From the NCBI RefSeq assembly GCF_001457595.1, contig NZ_LN831039.1, positions 6,210,001 through 6,242,000 of the forward strand: 32,000 nucleotides of DNA. The letters run 5' to 3'. The stretch is from Mycolicibacterium smegmatis. GTDB lineage: Bacteria > Actinomycetota > Actinomycetes > Mycobacteriales > Mycobacteriaceae. Position numbers and translations under genes: made by a program. Below are positions 1-11,361 of the stretch, in pieces. Every line of letters begins with the position of its first letter. Within the stretch, counting starts at the first letter, position 1. Under the pieces are notes generated by a model that saw nothing but the letters and a program-made list of their open reading frames with translations, made no database searches and had not been told where the DNA came from.

Positions 1-1
1 G

Positions 2-1105
2 GTGAACGGCCGCAGGCCCGCACAGTTCCGCTGCTCCGGGGCGAAACTGCACATCACGCTGCCCTCGGCGCTGCCCGCTGGCTCCGCGATGACCATCGTC
101 GTCCGCTACAGCGGCAATCCGCGGCCCATCGACACCCTGTGGGGTGACGTCGGTTTCGAGGAACTCACCAACGGGGCGCTCGTCGCGGGCCAGCCCAACG
201 GCGCGGCGTCGTGGTTCCCGTGCGACGACCATCCCAGCGCCAAGGCCTCCTACCGTATCCAGATCAGCACCGACAGCCCGTACCACGCGATCGCCAACGG
301 GGAACTGTTGTCGCGCAAGGTGCGTGCGGGCCACACCGTGTGGACCTACGAACTCGCCGAGCCCACCTCGCCGTATCTGGTGACGCTGCAGATCGGCATG
401 TACGAATCGCACCGGATGACCAAGACCCCGGTACCGATGCACGCCGTGCTGCCGCCGCGCCTGCGATCGGCGTTCGACCACGACTTCGAGCGTCAACCGC
501 AGATGATGAAGCTTTTCGTCAAACTCTTCGGCCCGTATCCGCTGAGCACCGGCTACACCGTGGTGGTCACCGACGACGACCTCGAGATACCGCTTGAGGC
601 CCAGGGCATCTCGATCTTCGGCGCCAACCACTGTGACGGCAGCCGCGGGTCCGAGCGTCTCATCGCCCACGAGTTGGCCCACCAGTGGTTCGGCAACTCG
701 GTGACGGCGCGGCGCTGGCGCGACATCTGGCTGCACGAGGGATTCGCGTGCTACGCCGAGTGGTTGTGGTCGGAGAACAGCGGCGGGCGCAGCGCGGCCG
801 AGTGGGCACAGCACTACTACGACAAGTTGCGGCACTCCCCGCAGGACCTGCTGCTGGCCGATCCCGGCCCGCGCGACATGTTCGACGACCGCGTGTACAA
901 GCGCGGAGCCATGACCCTGCATGTGCTGCGCGAGCGGATCGGCGACAAGGACTTCTTTGCGCTACTGCAGGATTGGACCACACGCCACCGGCACAGCACG
1001 GCGTTCACCGACGATTTCACGGGCCTGGCCGCCGGTTACACCAGTGAATCGCTGCAGCCGCTGTGGCAGGCGTGGCTGTACTCGGAAGCGCTGCCGCCGC
1101 TGTGA
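2..1105 (+). CDS. M1 family metallopeptidase (aminopeptidase N-like), 5' end truncated by window edge
   Basis: HELAHQWFGNSV followed by HEGFACYAEW gives the HExxH(x18)E zinc signature; the ORF is open at the window start. Confidence 0.9.
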   Translation: MNGRRPAQFRCSGAKLHITLPSALPAGSAMTIVVRYSGNPRPIDTLWGDVGFEELTNGALVAGQPNGAASWFPCDDHPSAKASYRIQISTDSPYHAIANGELLSRKVRAGHTVWTYELAEPTSPYLVTLQIGMYESHRMTKTPVPMHAVLPPRLRSAFDHDFERQPQMMKLFVKLFGPYPLSTGYTVVVTDDDLEIPLEAQGISIFGANHCDGSRGSERLIAHELAHQWFGNSVTARRWRDIWLHEGFACYAEWLWSENSGGRSAAEWAQHYYDKLRHSPQDLLLADPGPRDMFDDRVYKRGAMTLHVLRERIGDKDFFALLQDWTTRHRHSTAFTDDFTGLAAGYTSESLQPLWQAWLYSEALPPL

Positions 1106-2382
1106 CCGACGGCGGTGCGCCTGCCCCATTCGATCCGGACGATCCGGCGCGTGGCGCGATCACCCGCAGCAGCATCGCCCGCGTCGGGTCGGCGACCGCC
1201 ATCACGGCACTGTGCGGCTACGCCGTGCTGTACCTCGCCGCGCGTGACCTCGAACCCGCGGGATTCTCGGTGTTCGCGGTGTTCTGGGGCGCCTTCGGAC
1301 TTGTCACCGGCGCGGCCAACGGCCTGCTGCAGGAGGCCACGCGTGAGGTCCGGTCGGTCCAGGTCGCGCCCCGGGTGTCCGGGGTTTCGGGGCCGCGCAC
1401 ACATCCGATGCGGGTGGCGGCCGCGGTCGGGGTGGTCGCGGCGCTGGTCATCGCGGGCACCTCGCCGCTGTGGAGCGGGCACGTGTTCGTGGAGTCGCGC
1501 GCCCTTTCCGTCGCCCTGCTCAGCGTCGGTCTGGCCGGGTTCTGCCTGCACGCGACATTGTTGGGCATGCTCGCCGGTATCGACCGCTGGACCGAATACG
1601 GCGCGTTGATGGTCACCGACGCGGGCATCCGTGTGGGGGTGGCCGCCGCGTCGTTCGTCTTAGGTTGGGGTCTGGGCGGTTATCTGTGGGCCACCGTCGC
1701 GGGGGCGGGCGCGTGGCTGATCCTGTTGCTCACCGCACCCGCCGCGCGTGTGGCCGCCCGCCAGGTCACCGCGGGCGGCACGTGGACGTTCGTCCGCGGG
1801 ACCGCACACTCGATCGCCGCGGCCGGGGCCAGCGCGATCCTGGTGATGGGATTCCCGGTGCTGCTCAAGGCCACGTCCGCCGATCTCGGTGCGGCAGGCG
1901 GTGTGGTGATCCTGGCCGTCACGCTCACGCGGGCCCCGCTGCTGGTGCCGCTCACCGCGATGCAGGGCAACCTGATCGCCCATTTCGTCGACCAGGCCCG
2001 GTTGCGCGCGCTGTTGATGCCCGCCGCCGTCGTCGCCGTGATCGGCGCGGCCGGGGTGGTGGCCGCAGGCCTCATCGGCCCGTGGCTGCTGAAGGTCGGT
2101 TTCGGCGACGAATACCGCGCCGACGGAACGCTCCTGGCGTGGCTGACCGCCGCGGCGGTCGCGATCGCGATGCTCACCCTGACAGGGGCGGCCGCGGTGG
2201 CCGCCGCGCTGCACCGCACCTATGCACTCGGCTGGATCATCGCCACGGTGGCCGCCGTGGGTCTGCTTCTGCTGCCACTGGAGCTCTCGACCCGCACCGT
2301 CGTCGCACTGTTGTGCGGCCCCCTGGTGGGAATCGCGGTTCATCTGGTGGGGCTGGCCAGGTTCTCCCGGGTCAACGGCTGA
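1102..2382 (+). CDS. Multi-pass membrane protein, polysaccharide exporter/MOP flippase-like
   Basis: Long hydrophobic ORF; GTG at 1102 overlaps the upstream TGA (1103-1105) as GTGA; many TM-like segments. Confidence 0.7.
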   Translation: MTDGGAPAPFDPDDPARGAITRSSIARVGSATAITALCGYAVLYLAARDLEPAGFSVFAVFWGAFGLVTGAANGLLQEATREVRSVQVAPRVSGVSGPRTHPMRVAAAVGVVAALVIAGTSPLWSGHVFVESRALSVALLSVGLAGFCLHATLLGMLAGIDRWTEYGALMVTDAGIRVGVAAASFVLGWGLGGYLWATVAGAGAWLILLLTAPAARVAARQVTAGGTWTFVRGTAHSIAAAGASAILVMGFPVLLKATSADLGAAGGVVILAVTLTRAPLLVPLTAMQGNLIAHFVDQARLRALLMPAAVVAVIGAAGVVAAGLIGPWLLKVGFGDEYRADGTLLAWLTAAAVAIAMLTLTGAAAVAAALHRTYALGWIIATVAAVGLLLLPLELSTRTVVALLCGPLVGIAVHLVGLARFSRVNG

Positions 2383-2965
2383 ACAGCGACGACAACAACG
2401 CGATTCGGGAGTCTTCGAGGTCGGGCTGCGGCAGCACCGGACGGATGATCGCGGCACCGTCGAACGTGTTGACCAGCAGTGCCACCGCCGCCATCGCCTC
2501 ATGCCTGGACTCGTTCTGCGGGAACTGCTCGAAACCCGGGATGGTGCGCGCGGTCTCGTAGATGTTCGCGGCGTACTCGGTGAGCACCTCTTGCAGTGTG
2601 ACACGCAGCTTTTCGTCGGTGCGCGCGGCGATCAGCAACTCGTACATCACGGTGTTGGTGTCATTGCCCGTGACGTCGCGCAGGATGGTCAGCACGGCCT
2701 GAAGCGGTGGCTCTTCGGCCGGGATCTCGGCGATCCGTTTGGTGAACACCTCGAGTTGGCGGCGCATCACCTCGTGCGCCGTGGCCGCCATGAAATCGCC
2801 CATCGTGGGGAAATGGCGGAACAGTGCGCCGTCGGAGACCTGCGCGCGCCGCGCGATGACCGCCGCCGACGCCCTGGCGTAGCCGACGTCGATGATGGTC
2901 TGAATGCTCGCGTCGAGCAGACGTGCGACGGTCTCCTCACGGCGCTGCTGTTGGGTTCTGGCCAT
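2372..2965 (-). CDS. TetR/AcrR family transcriptional regulator
   Basis: N-terminal HTH: TVARLLDASIQTIIDVGYARASAAVIARRAQVSDGALFRHFPTMGDFMAA. Confidence 0.85.
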   Translation of the reverse strand: MARTQQQRREETVARLLDASIQTIIDVGYARASAAVIARRAQVSDGALFRHFPTMGDFMAATAHEVMRRQLEVFTKRIAEIPAEEPPLQAVLTILRDVTGNDTNTVMYELLIAARTDEKLRVTLQEVLTEYAANIYETARTIPGFEQFPQNESRHEAMAAVALLVNTFDGAAIIRPVLPQPDLEDSRIALLSSLFSR

Positions 2966-2966
2966 G

Positions 2967-4748
2967 TCAGACAGCGGTTTTCAGGCGGCTGTCGGCGCCT
3001 GCGCGCAGGTAGCGTCCCGATTTCACGGTGTCGCCGTAGCCGTCACGGAACTCGCCTTTGCCGAACACCACGGTGCCGTTGACGGCCGTCGCCACCACGG
3101 CGTCGTCGTTGCGGTTCACCATGCGGCTCAGCCCGCCGTAGAACGGCACGGTCTCCTCGTGGTACGCGTCGACGTCGGAGTTCAGGCAGTTCGGGTCGAT
3201 CACCACGAAGTCGGCACGGTCGCCCTCGCGCAGCGTGCCCGCGTCGACCCCGAACCAGTCGGCCACCTCGGCGGTGAGCCGGTACACGGCGCGCTCGGTG
3301 GTCAGGAACGGGCGTCCGCTCAGTTGCGCGTCGCGGACCCGCTTCAGCAGGCGCAGCGGGTAGTTGTAGAACGCCATGTTGCGAAGGTGCGCACCGGCAT
3401 CCGAGAAACCCATGTGCACCGCGGGGTCGTTGGCCAACTGGTCGAGCACCTTGGGCCGGTGGTTCGCGACGATCGTCGTCCACCGCACATTCTTCTCACC
3501 GTTGTCGACCAGCACGTCGAGGAACGCGTCGAGCGGATGGATGCCACGCTCGTCGGCGATCCGGCCGAAGGTCTTGCCGATGAGGCTCTCATCCGGGCAT
3601 TCGACGATGGTGGCGTCGTGGAAGTCGCGGTGCCACAACGTCGGTCCCAGCTTGCGGCGGTCGAACGACCGGCGGAACCGGCGGCGGTACTCCGGGTCGG
3701 CGAGCAGCTTGTTGCGCTCGAGTTGGTCGCGCAGGTGCAGCGCGGCGGTGCCCGCACCGAACTCCTCGAACACCGGCAGATCGATACCGTCGGAATACAA
3801 TTCGAACGGCACCGGCAGATGCTGGAACCGCACCTTGGCGTCGAGTGTCTTGTTCAGCAGCCGGGTGCCCATCCCGATCACGCGTGCGGCGCCGGGTGAG
3901 GATTTCGCGTCGGCCGACACCAGCAGGCTCATCCGCACGCCGCGGCGGCGCCCGAACAGGCTGCTGCTCTCCAGGAAGAAGTTCAGTGCCTCCTGCGCTT
4001 TCGCCACGTTCGGCGCGCTCTGCAGGATGCGGCCGCGCTTGCGTAGCACCTTGATGAGGCGGCGACGTTCGCGCCACGTCGCGAACGTGGAAGGCAGTGC
4101 GCGCGAACGGAATCGATCACCGTCGAGCTTGTCGATCGCGGCGTCCATACCCGACATGCCGAGCATCCCGGCGTCGAGGGCCGCGTCGAGTCTGTCGGCC
4201 ATCGTCTCGAGTTCGTCGTCGGTGGGGACCACGCCGCGTGTCGTGGCGCGGTCGAGACCCAGCACCGAGGCGCGCAGGTCCGAATGCCCCAGCAGCGACG
4301 CGATATTGGGGCCGAGTGGGAGAGCGTCGATCGCGGCGACGTACTCGGCCGGGTTCGACCAGGTCTTGCGGGATTCCAGTGCGCCGAGCACGAATTGGCG
4401 CGGTACGGCCTCCACGCGACTGAACAGGTCGGCCGCGTCCTCGGCGTCGGAGTACACCGTCGACAGCGAGCACATGCCCAACAGCACTGTCGTGACGCCG
4501 TGGCGTACCGATTCACGCAGACCCGGATCGAGCAGGACCTCGGCGTCGTAGTGGGTGTGCACGTCGATGAAGCCCGGCACCACCCACTTGCCGCCTGCGT
4601 CGATGACCTCGGGGCACCCTGTCTCGTCGAGGGGCTTTGCCGACACCGTGGCCACCACGCCGTCGCGGATGCCCAGCGTACGGACCTGCGGTGGCCTGCC
4701 CGTCCCGTCGAACCACAGGCCGTTGCGGACGATGACGTCGTATGACAT
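2967..4748 (-). CDS. Amidohydrolase, N-acyl-D-amino-acid deacylase/D-aminoacylase type
   Basis: VIDAGGKWVVPGFIDVHTHYDAEV metal-binding HxH motif, GFSDAGAHLRNM near the C-terminus; start chosen at MSYDVIVRNG. Stop is 1 bp from the TetR start, probably cotranscribed. Confidence 0.85.
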   Translation of the reverse strand: MSYDVIVRNGLWFDGTGRPPQVRTLGIRDGVVATVSAKPLDETGCPEVIDAGGKWVVPGFIDVHTHYDAEVLLDPGLRESVRHGVTTVLLGMCSLSTVYSDAEDAADLFSRVEAVPRQFVLGALESRKTWSNPAEYVAAIDALPLGPNIASLLGHSDLRASVLGLDRATTRGVVPTDDELETMADRLDAALDAGMLGMSGMDAAIDKLDGDRFRSRALPSTFATWRERRRLIKVLRKRGRILQSAPNVAKAQEALNFFLESSSLFGRRRGVRMSLLVSADAKSSPGAARVIGMGTRLLNKTLDAKVRFQHLPVPFELYSDGIDLPVFEEFGAGTAALHLRDQLERNKLLADPEYRRRFRRSFDRRKLGPTLWHRDFHDATIVECPDESLIGKTFGRIADERGIHPLDAFLDVLVDNGEKNVRWTTIVANHRPKVLDQLANDPAVHMGFSDAGAHLRNMAFYNYPLRLLKRVRDAQLSGRPFLTTERAVYRLTAEVADWFGVDAGTLREGDRADFVVIDPNCLNSDVDAYHEETVPFYGGLSRMVNRNDDAVVATAVNGTVVFGKGEFRDGYGDTVKSGRYLRAGADSRLKTAV

Positions 4749-4809
4749 GGCGGACCTCCATTGGTCGGATGCCGCCACGCTATCCCAGTTAGTGAGTGCT
4801 CACAATCTT

Positions 4810-7571
<2,762 letters not shown>

Positions 7572-7572
7572 G

Positions 7573-9042
7573 TCAGGCGGCGTCCTTTTCGGCTGTCTTG
7601 TCGGTGGTGTCGGACGTGTCGTCGTTGTCGTTGTCGGGCTTGGTAGCGGGCTTCGCCTTCGTCGAAGGTTCCGCCTTCGGCACTGTCACCCGTGTCTTCT
7701 TCGGCTTGAACACGTTGAACTGAGGCCGCTTGACCTTCCGCACGTTCGGCTTTGTCTTCTCGACCTTTTCGGCCTTCTCCGCTTCCTCGGTCTTATCCGC
7801 TGTGGCGACCGTCTTGTCGGTGTCGTCCTGCTTGACGGCCTGGTCGGTCTTCTCAACGCTGGTCGATTCCTTGACCGGTGTGGCCTTGTCCGCTTCGTCC
7901 GCGACCTTGGTGACCTCGTCGTCTTTGGTGGCCTCTTCTTTCACAGGCTCTTCTTGCTCAGCCAGCTCGTCGACGTCTTCGGTGACCTCGGCGACTTCCG
8001 CGGTCTCGGCCGTCCTGTCCGCAGCGGTGTTGGCAACCGTTCGCCGCTGCGTCGTGCTTTGCACAGCTGTCTCGTCGATATCGCCGTCGGTGGAGGGAGT
8101 TTCGTCGATCTCTGTGACCGCGGTCTGTGTGATCTCAGACTCGTCCTCTACGACCGTCTCCTCGGTGGTCGTCACCGTCACCCGTCCGGGATCGTTGCGC
8201 TTGTAGGCGGCATCGATGATCTTCCGCAGCGGTGCCTCGAGAGCAGCGACGAACGACTCGGGGAACCCGAGATCCCGCAGCGGCTGCAGCAGTGGCAGTT
8301 TCTCGGTGGGGATCAGATAGGTCGTCGTCTTGCCACCGGCTTTGTTCACGGTTTCGACGATGTTCTTCTCCGGCACCGTGGACAGGTCCCAACCGTCGAC
8401 CTTGTCCTCGTAGCGGCCGTGCACGTAGATGATGCCGAGCAGCGCGTTGGCGGTGGCGATGAGATTCCATGGGCGGTCCGGGAAATCGGCCCAGCCGTCG
8501 TACTCGCCGTTGATGATCGTGGTCTCGTACGGGGTGTCCGGTGGCCGCACCGGGGTCAGGCCGATGATCGGGATACGGAACGGGATCCACCGCAGGATGC
8601 CGTTCGGGCCGGTCGGGTCGCCGATCGTGACGAACTTCAACTGGTCGACGGTCGGGCGCTCGTATTCGTCGAGCTTCATCAGCCGCTTCTTCTCGTACGC
8701 GATGACGATCGCGCCCTGGCTGAAGCCGGCGACGATGATCTTCTCGGTGATCGGGTTGCCCTCGTCGTCGACTCCCACGAACCTGTCCACACCCGCTGCC
8801 ACGGCACCCGCGGCCTCCCAGATGCCCCGGTGCATGCCGAACACCGATGCCGGGTACTTGATGTGCTCGACGTCGTAGCCGGCAAACTCTCCCGGAACCA
8901 GCTGTTCCGGGTAGGGCGGATCGTGAAGAATGCGCGTGCCGCTGATCGTGAATGCGGTCGCGCCCAGCGCTGGATCGGTGGTCACAAGGGCTGCGGTGAC
9001 CACGGCGGCGACCGCCGCAATCACGCCATTGCGCAATGTCAT
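7573..9042 (-). CDS. Exported PE-PPE-domain serine hydrolase with long charged low-complexity C-terminal tail
   Basis: Signal-like N-terminus MTLRNGVIAAVAAVVTAALVTTDPALGA; IIVAGFSQGAIVIAYE nucleophile elbow; VTIGDPTGPNGILRW, HGRYEDKVDGWDLST; tail rich in K/T/E/D. Confidence 0.75.
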   Translation of the reverse strand: MTLRNGVIAAVAAVVTAALVTTDPALGATAFTISGTRILHDPPYPEQLVPGEFAGYDVEHIKYPASVFGMHRGIWEAAGAVAAGVDRFVGVDDEGNPITEKIIVAGFSQGAIVIAYEKKRLMKLDEYERPTVDQLKFVTIGDPTGPNGILRWIPFRIPIIGLTPVRPPDTPYETTIINGEYDGWADFPDRPWNLIATANALLGIIYVHGRYEDKVDGWDLSTVPEKNIVETVNKAGGKTTTYLIPTEKLPLLQPLRDLGFPESFVAALEAPLRKIIDAAYKRNDPGRVTVTTTEETVVEDESEITQTAVTEIDETPSTDGDIDETAVQSTTQRRTVANTAADRTAETAEVAEVTEDVDELAEQEEPVKEEATKDDEVTKVADEADKATPVKESTSVEKTDQAVKQDDTDKTVATADKTEEAEKAEKVEKTKPNVRKVKRPQFNVFKPKKTRVTVPKAEPSTKAKPATKPDNDNDDTSDTTDKTAEKDAA

Positions 9043-9057
9043 GATGGGAAGTTATCC

Positions 9058-9083
9058 GGCTCTTCGCAGTTGAGGGTGTAGAG
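9058..9083 (+). repeat. IS1096 left terminal inverted repeat
   Basis: ggctcttcgcagttgagggtgtagag. Confidence 0.95.
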
Positions 9084-9167
9084 GTCGTCGGCGCGTCGGT
9101 GCCGGGATAGGGGTCGAGGTCTTCCGATGATGGAGGTTCCTACGCCATCCATCTGAAAGACCTCGAC

Positions 9168-10490
9168 GTGCCTGACGCTACCGGTCGGGCGGGCTTCGCC
9201 TGCGCTGACCTGACGACTTTCTGCCGCCTCGACGAGCTCGGGTTGGAGGTGACCGGCCAACGCCTCGACCCTGATCGGGCCGTGCTGGCGTGCCGGGTCG
9301 CCGATGAGGATCGGTGGTGCCGCCGCTGCGGCGAAGAAGGCGTTGTACGTGACAGCGTGACTCGCACGTTGGCTCATGAACCGTTCGGGTGGCGACCCAC
9401 GGCTTTGCTGGTCACGATCCGCCGTTACCGTTGCGCCGGCTGCGCTCATGTGTGGCGCCAGGATGCCAGCGCCGCAGCCGAACCGCGGGCCAGGCTGTCC
9501 CGGCGTGCTCTGCGGTGGGCGCTGGAAGCCCTTGTCTGCCAACACCTGTCGGTGGCCCGGGTCGCCGAGGCGCTTGCGGTGTCGTGGAACACTGCCAACA
9601 ACGCCGTGCTCGCCGAAGGTCAGCGGGTGCTCATCGCCGATCCGGCCCGGTTCGATGGCGTCGCGGTGATCGGCGTCGATGAGCACGTGTGGCGGCACAC
9701 TCGCCGCGGCGACAAGTACGTCACCGTCATCATCGATCTCACGCCCGTGCGTGACGGGACCGGCCCCGCACGGCTGCTCGACATGGTGGAGGGCCGCTCC
9801 AAGAAGGCGTTCGCCGACTGGCTGGCACAGCGGCCACAGGAGTGGCGTGATCGTGTGGACGTTGTTGCCATGGACGGGTTCTCCGGGTTCAAGACCGCCG
9901 CCACCGAAGAACTGCCTGACGCGGCCACGGTGATGGACCCCTTCCACGTGGTCCGCCTGGCCGGCAACGCCCTCGACGAGTGCCGACGCCGCGTGCAGCT
10001 GGCCACCTGCGGGCACCGCGGCCGCAGCACCGACCCGCTCTACCGATCGCGACGCACCCTGCACACCGGGGCCGACCTGCTCACCGACCGCCAGAAAGCC
10101 CGACTGGCCGCACTGTTCGCCGCCAACGCGCACGCCGAGATCGAGGCCACCTGGGCGATGTATCAACGCACCGTGGCCGCCTACCGCGAACCAGACCGCA
10201 CCAAGGGCCGCACCATGATGGCTGCACTGATCACCACGCTGAGCACAGGCGTCCCCACGTCGCTGACCGAGCTGATCACCCTCGGGCGGACACTGAAGAA
10301 GCGTGCCGCCGACGTCCTGGCCTACTTCGACCGCCCCGGCACCTCCAACGGGCCGACCGAAGCGATCAACGGCCGCCTCGAACACCTGCGCGGATCCGCC
10401 CTGGGCTTCCGCAACCTCACCAACTACATCGCCCGGTCCCTGCTCGAGACCGGAGGCTTCCGAACCCAGCTCCGTCAACCTCGGCGGTGA
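9168..10490 (+). CDS. tnpA: ISL3 family transposase (IS1096 TnpA)
   Basis: Zinc-finger-like CRVADEDRWCRRCGEEG / RRYRCAGCAHVW; DDE context GVDEHVWR, VVAMDGFSGFK, SNGPTEAINGRLEHLRGSALGFRN. Start position uncertain. Confidence 0.95.
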   Translation: MPDATGRAGFACADLTTFCRLDELGLEVTGQRLDPDRAVLACRVADEDRWCRRCGEEGVVRDSVTRTLAHEPFGWRPTALLVTIRRYRCAGCAHVWRQDASAAAEPRARLSRRALRWALEALVCQHLSVARVAEALAVSWNTANNAVLAEGQRVLIADPARFDGVAVIGVDEHVWRHTRRGDKYVTVIIDLTPVRDGTGPARLLDMVEGRSKKAFADWLAQRPQEWRDRVDVVAMDGFSGFKTAATEELPDAATVMDPFHVVRLAGNALDECRRRVQLATCGHRGRSTDPLYRSRRTLHTGADLLTDRQKARLAALFAANAHAEIEATWAMYQRTVAAYREPDRTKGRTMMAALITTLSTGVPTSLTELITLGRTLKKRAADVLAYFDRPGTSNGPTEAINGRLEHLRGSALGFRNLTNYIARSLLETGGFRTQLRQPRR

Positions 10491-10497
10491 AGAATCC

Positions 10498-11250
10498 TCA
10501 ACGCGTGTTCAACGCGGCCAGAGCGTCATTGGTCTCGGCCACCGAGAAACGGTCGGGGTGCCAGCCCCGGGGCAGCCAGTCCCTCATCTCCTGCGCACCG
10601 AGTCCCATCGGCGTTTCCCGCGGGTCGTACCCGCCGCGAACCCACGCAGCCAACTCCTCATAGCCGCCCAGGCCACCACAGTCCTCCGGCGGACAGGCCA
10701 TCTTTCCCGTCAGACACACCGCAGCCGGGGGCGGATCATCGAAAACGTCTTCGACCACGAGCACGTGGTCCCATCCGTCGCCGAAGTCGTAATCGTAGAA
10801 CAACCGCTCGCCCTTATCGGACACCACCTGATCGAGGCGCACGCTGTCCTCGACGACACCGTCGTCGCCTTCGCTGAGATCAAACCCGGTGACGAAGTAG
10901 GCACGGGTCCGCCGGTCCGCCCCGACACCGAACTTATGCAGATGACTGTCCTGCCAGCCCATAACGACCTGCAGCACAACATGGAGCTCATCGAGCATGA
11001 GGTCGCCCGGCAGGTCCAGCCGACGCCAGATCGGCGGCTTGGCGTACATCAGGTCGACGCGCACCCGGAAGCCCCGCGCACGATCCGGCACCGCCCGCAC
11101 CTCGGGCGTCGGCTCATCGAACATTCCCGCGAACACGTTCCGACCAGCGTCGGCCATTAGCTTCTGCAGCAACGCCAGGTCCACACTGCCCCCGGACACT
11201 CCGCTCTTCCTCTTGCTCTTCCGCTTCTTCTCCGGCACACCCCAAGCCAA
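10498..11250 (-). CDS. tnpR: IS1096 accessory protein TnpR, plasmid pRiA4b ORF-3-like family
   Basis: FRVRVDLMYAKPPIWRRLDLPGDLMLDELHVVLQVVMGWQDSHLHKF ... FYDYDFGDGWDHVLVVE, typical pRiA4b ORF-3 motif set. Confidence 0.9.
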   Translation of the reverse strand: MAWGVPEKKRKSKRKSGVSGGSVDLALLQKLMADAGRNVFAGMFDEPTPEVRAVPDRARGFRVRVDLMYAKPPIWRRLDLPGDLMLDELHVVLQVVMGWQDSHLHKFGVGADRRTRAYFVTGFDLSEGDDGVVEDSVRLDQVVSDKGERLFYDYDFGDGWDHVLVVEDVFDDPPPAAVCLTGKMACPPEDCGGLGGYEELAAWVRGGYDPRETPMGLGAQEMRDWLPRGWHPDRFSVAETNDALAALNTR

Positions 11251-11288
11251 CCAGACCCCTCGATCACAGCGCGAAAGCAGCTGATCGT

Positions 11289-11314
11289 CTCTACACCGTC
11301 AAGTGCGAAGAGCC
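11289..11314 (-). repeat. IS1096 right terminal inverted repeat
   Basis: ctctacaccgtcaagtgcgaagagcc. Confidence 0.95.
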
Positions 11315-11361
11315 AGATACCTCTGGAAAAGAATGTTCCCGGCCCCTTCGCAGACCTAGGA

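Larger units (their letters stand above)
9058..11314. mobile_element. IS1096-type insertion sequence (ISL3 family), complete, 2257 bp
   Basis: Terminal inverted repeats GGCTCTTCGCAGTTGAGGGTGTAGAG (9058-9083) and, reverse complement of 11289-11314, GGCTCTTCGCACTTGACGGTGTAGAG: 24/26 identical. Encloses tnpA (ISL3 DDE) and convergent tnpR (pRiA4b ORF-3 family). Confidence 0.95.

Noticed and set aside
3376-4551. 391-aa plus-strand ORF opposite the amidohydrolase
   Set aside because: Arg/Ser-rich shadow ORF; the opposite strand carries the conserved metallo-hydrolase.
9050-9057. Possible 8-bp target duplication AGTTATCC / AGATACCT
   Set aside because: Only 5 of 8 positions match; not acceptable as a target-site duplication, hence reported as missing.
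10303-11160. 285-aa plus-strand ORF and 9980-10663 227-aa ORF
   Set aside because: Shadow frames within IS1096 tnpA/tnpR.
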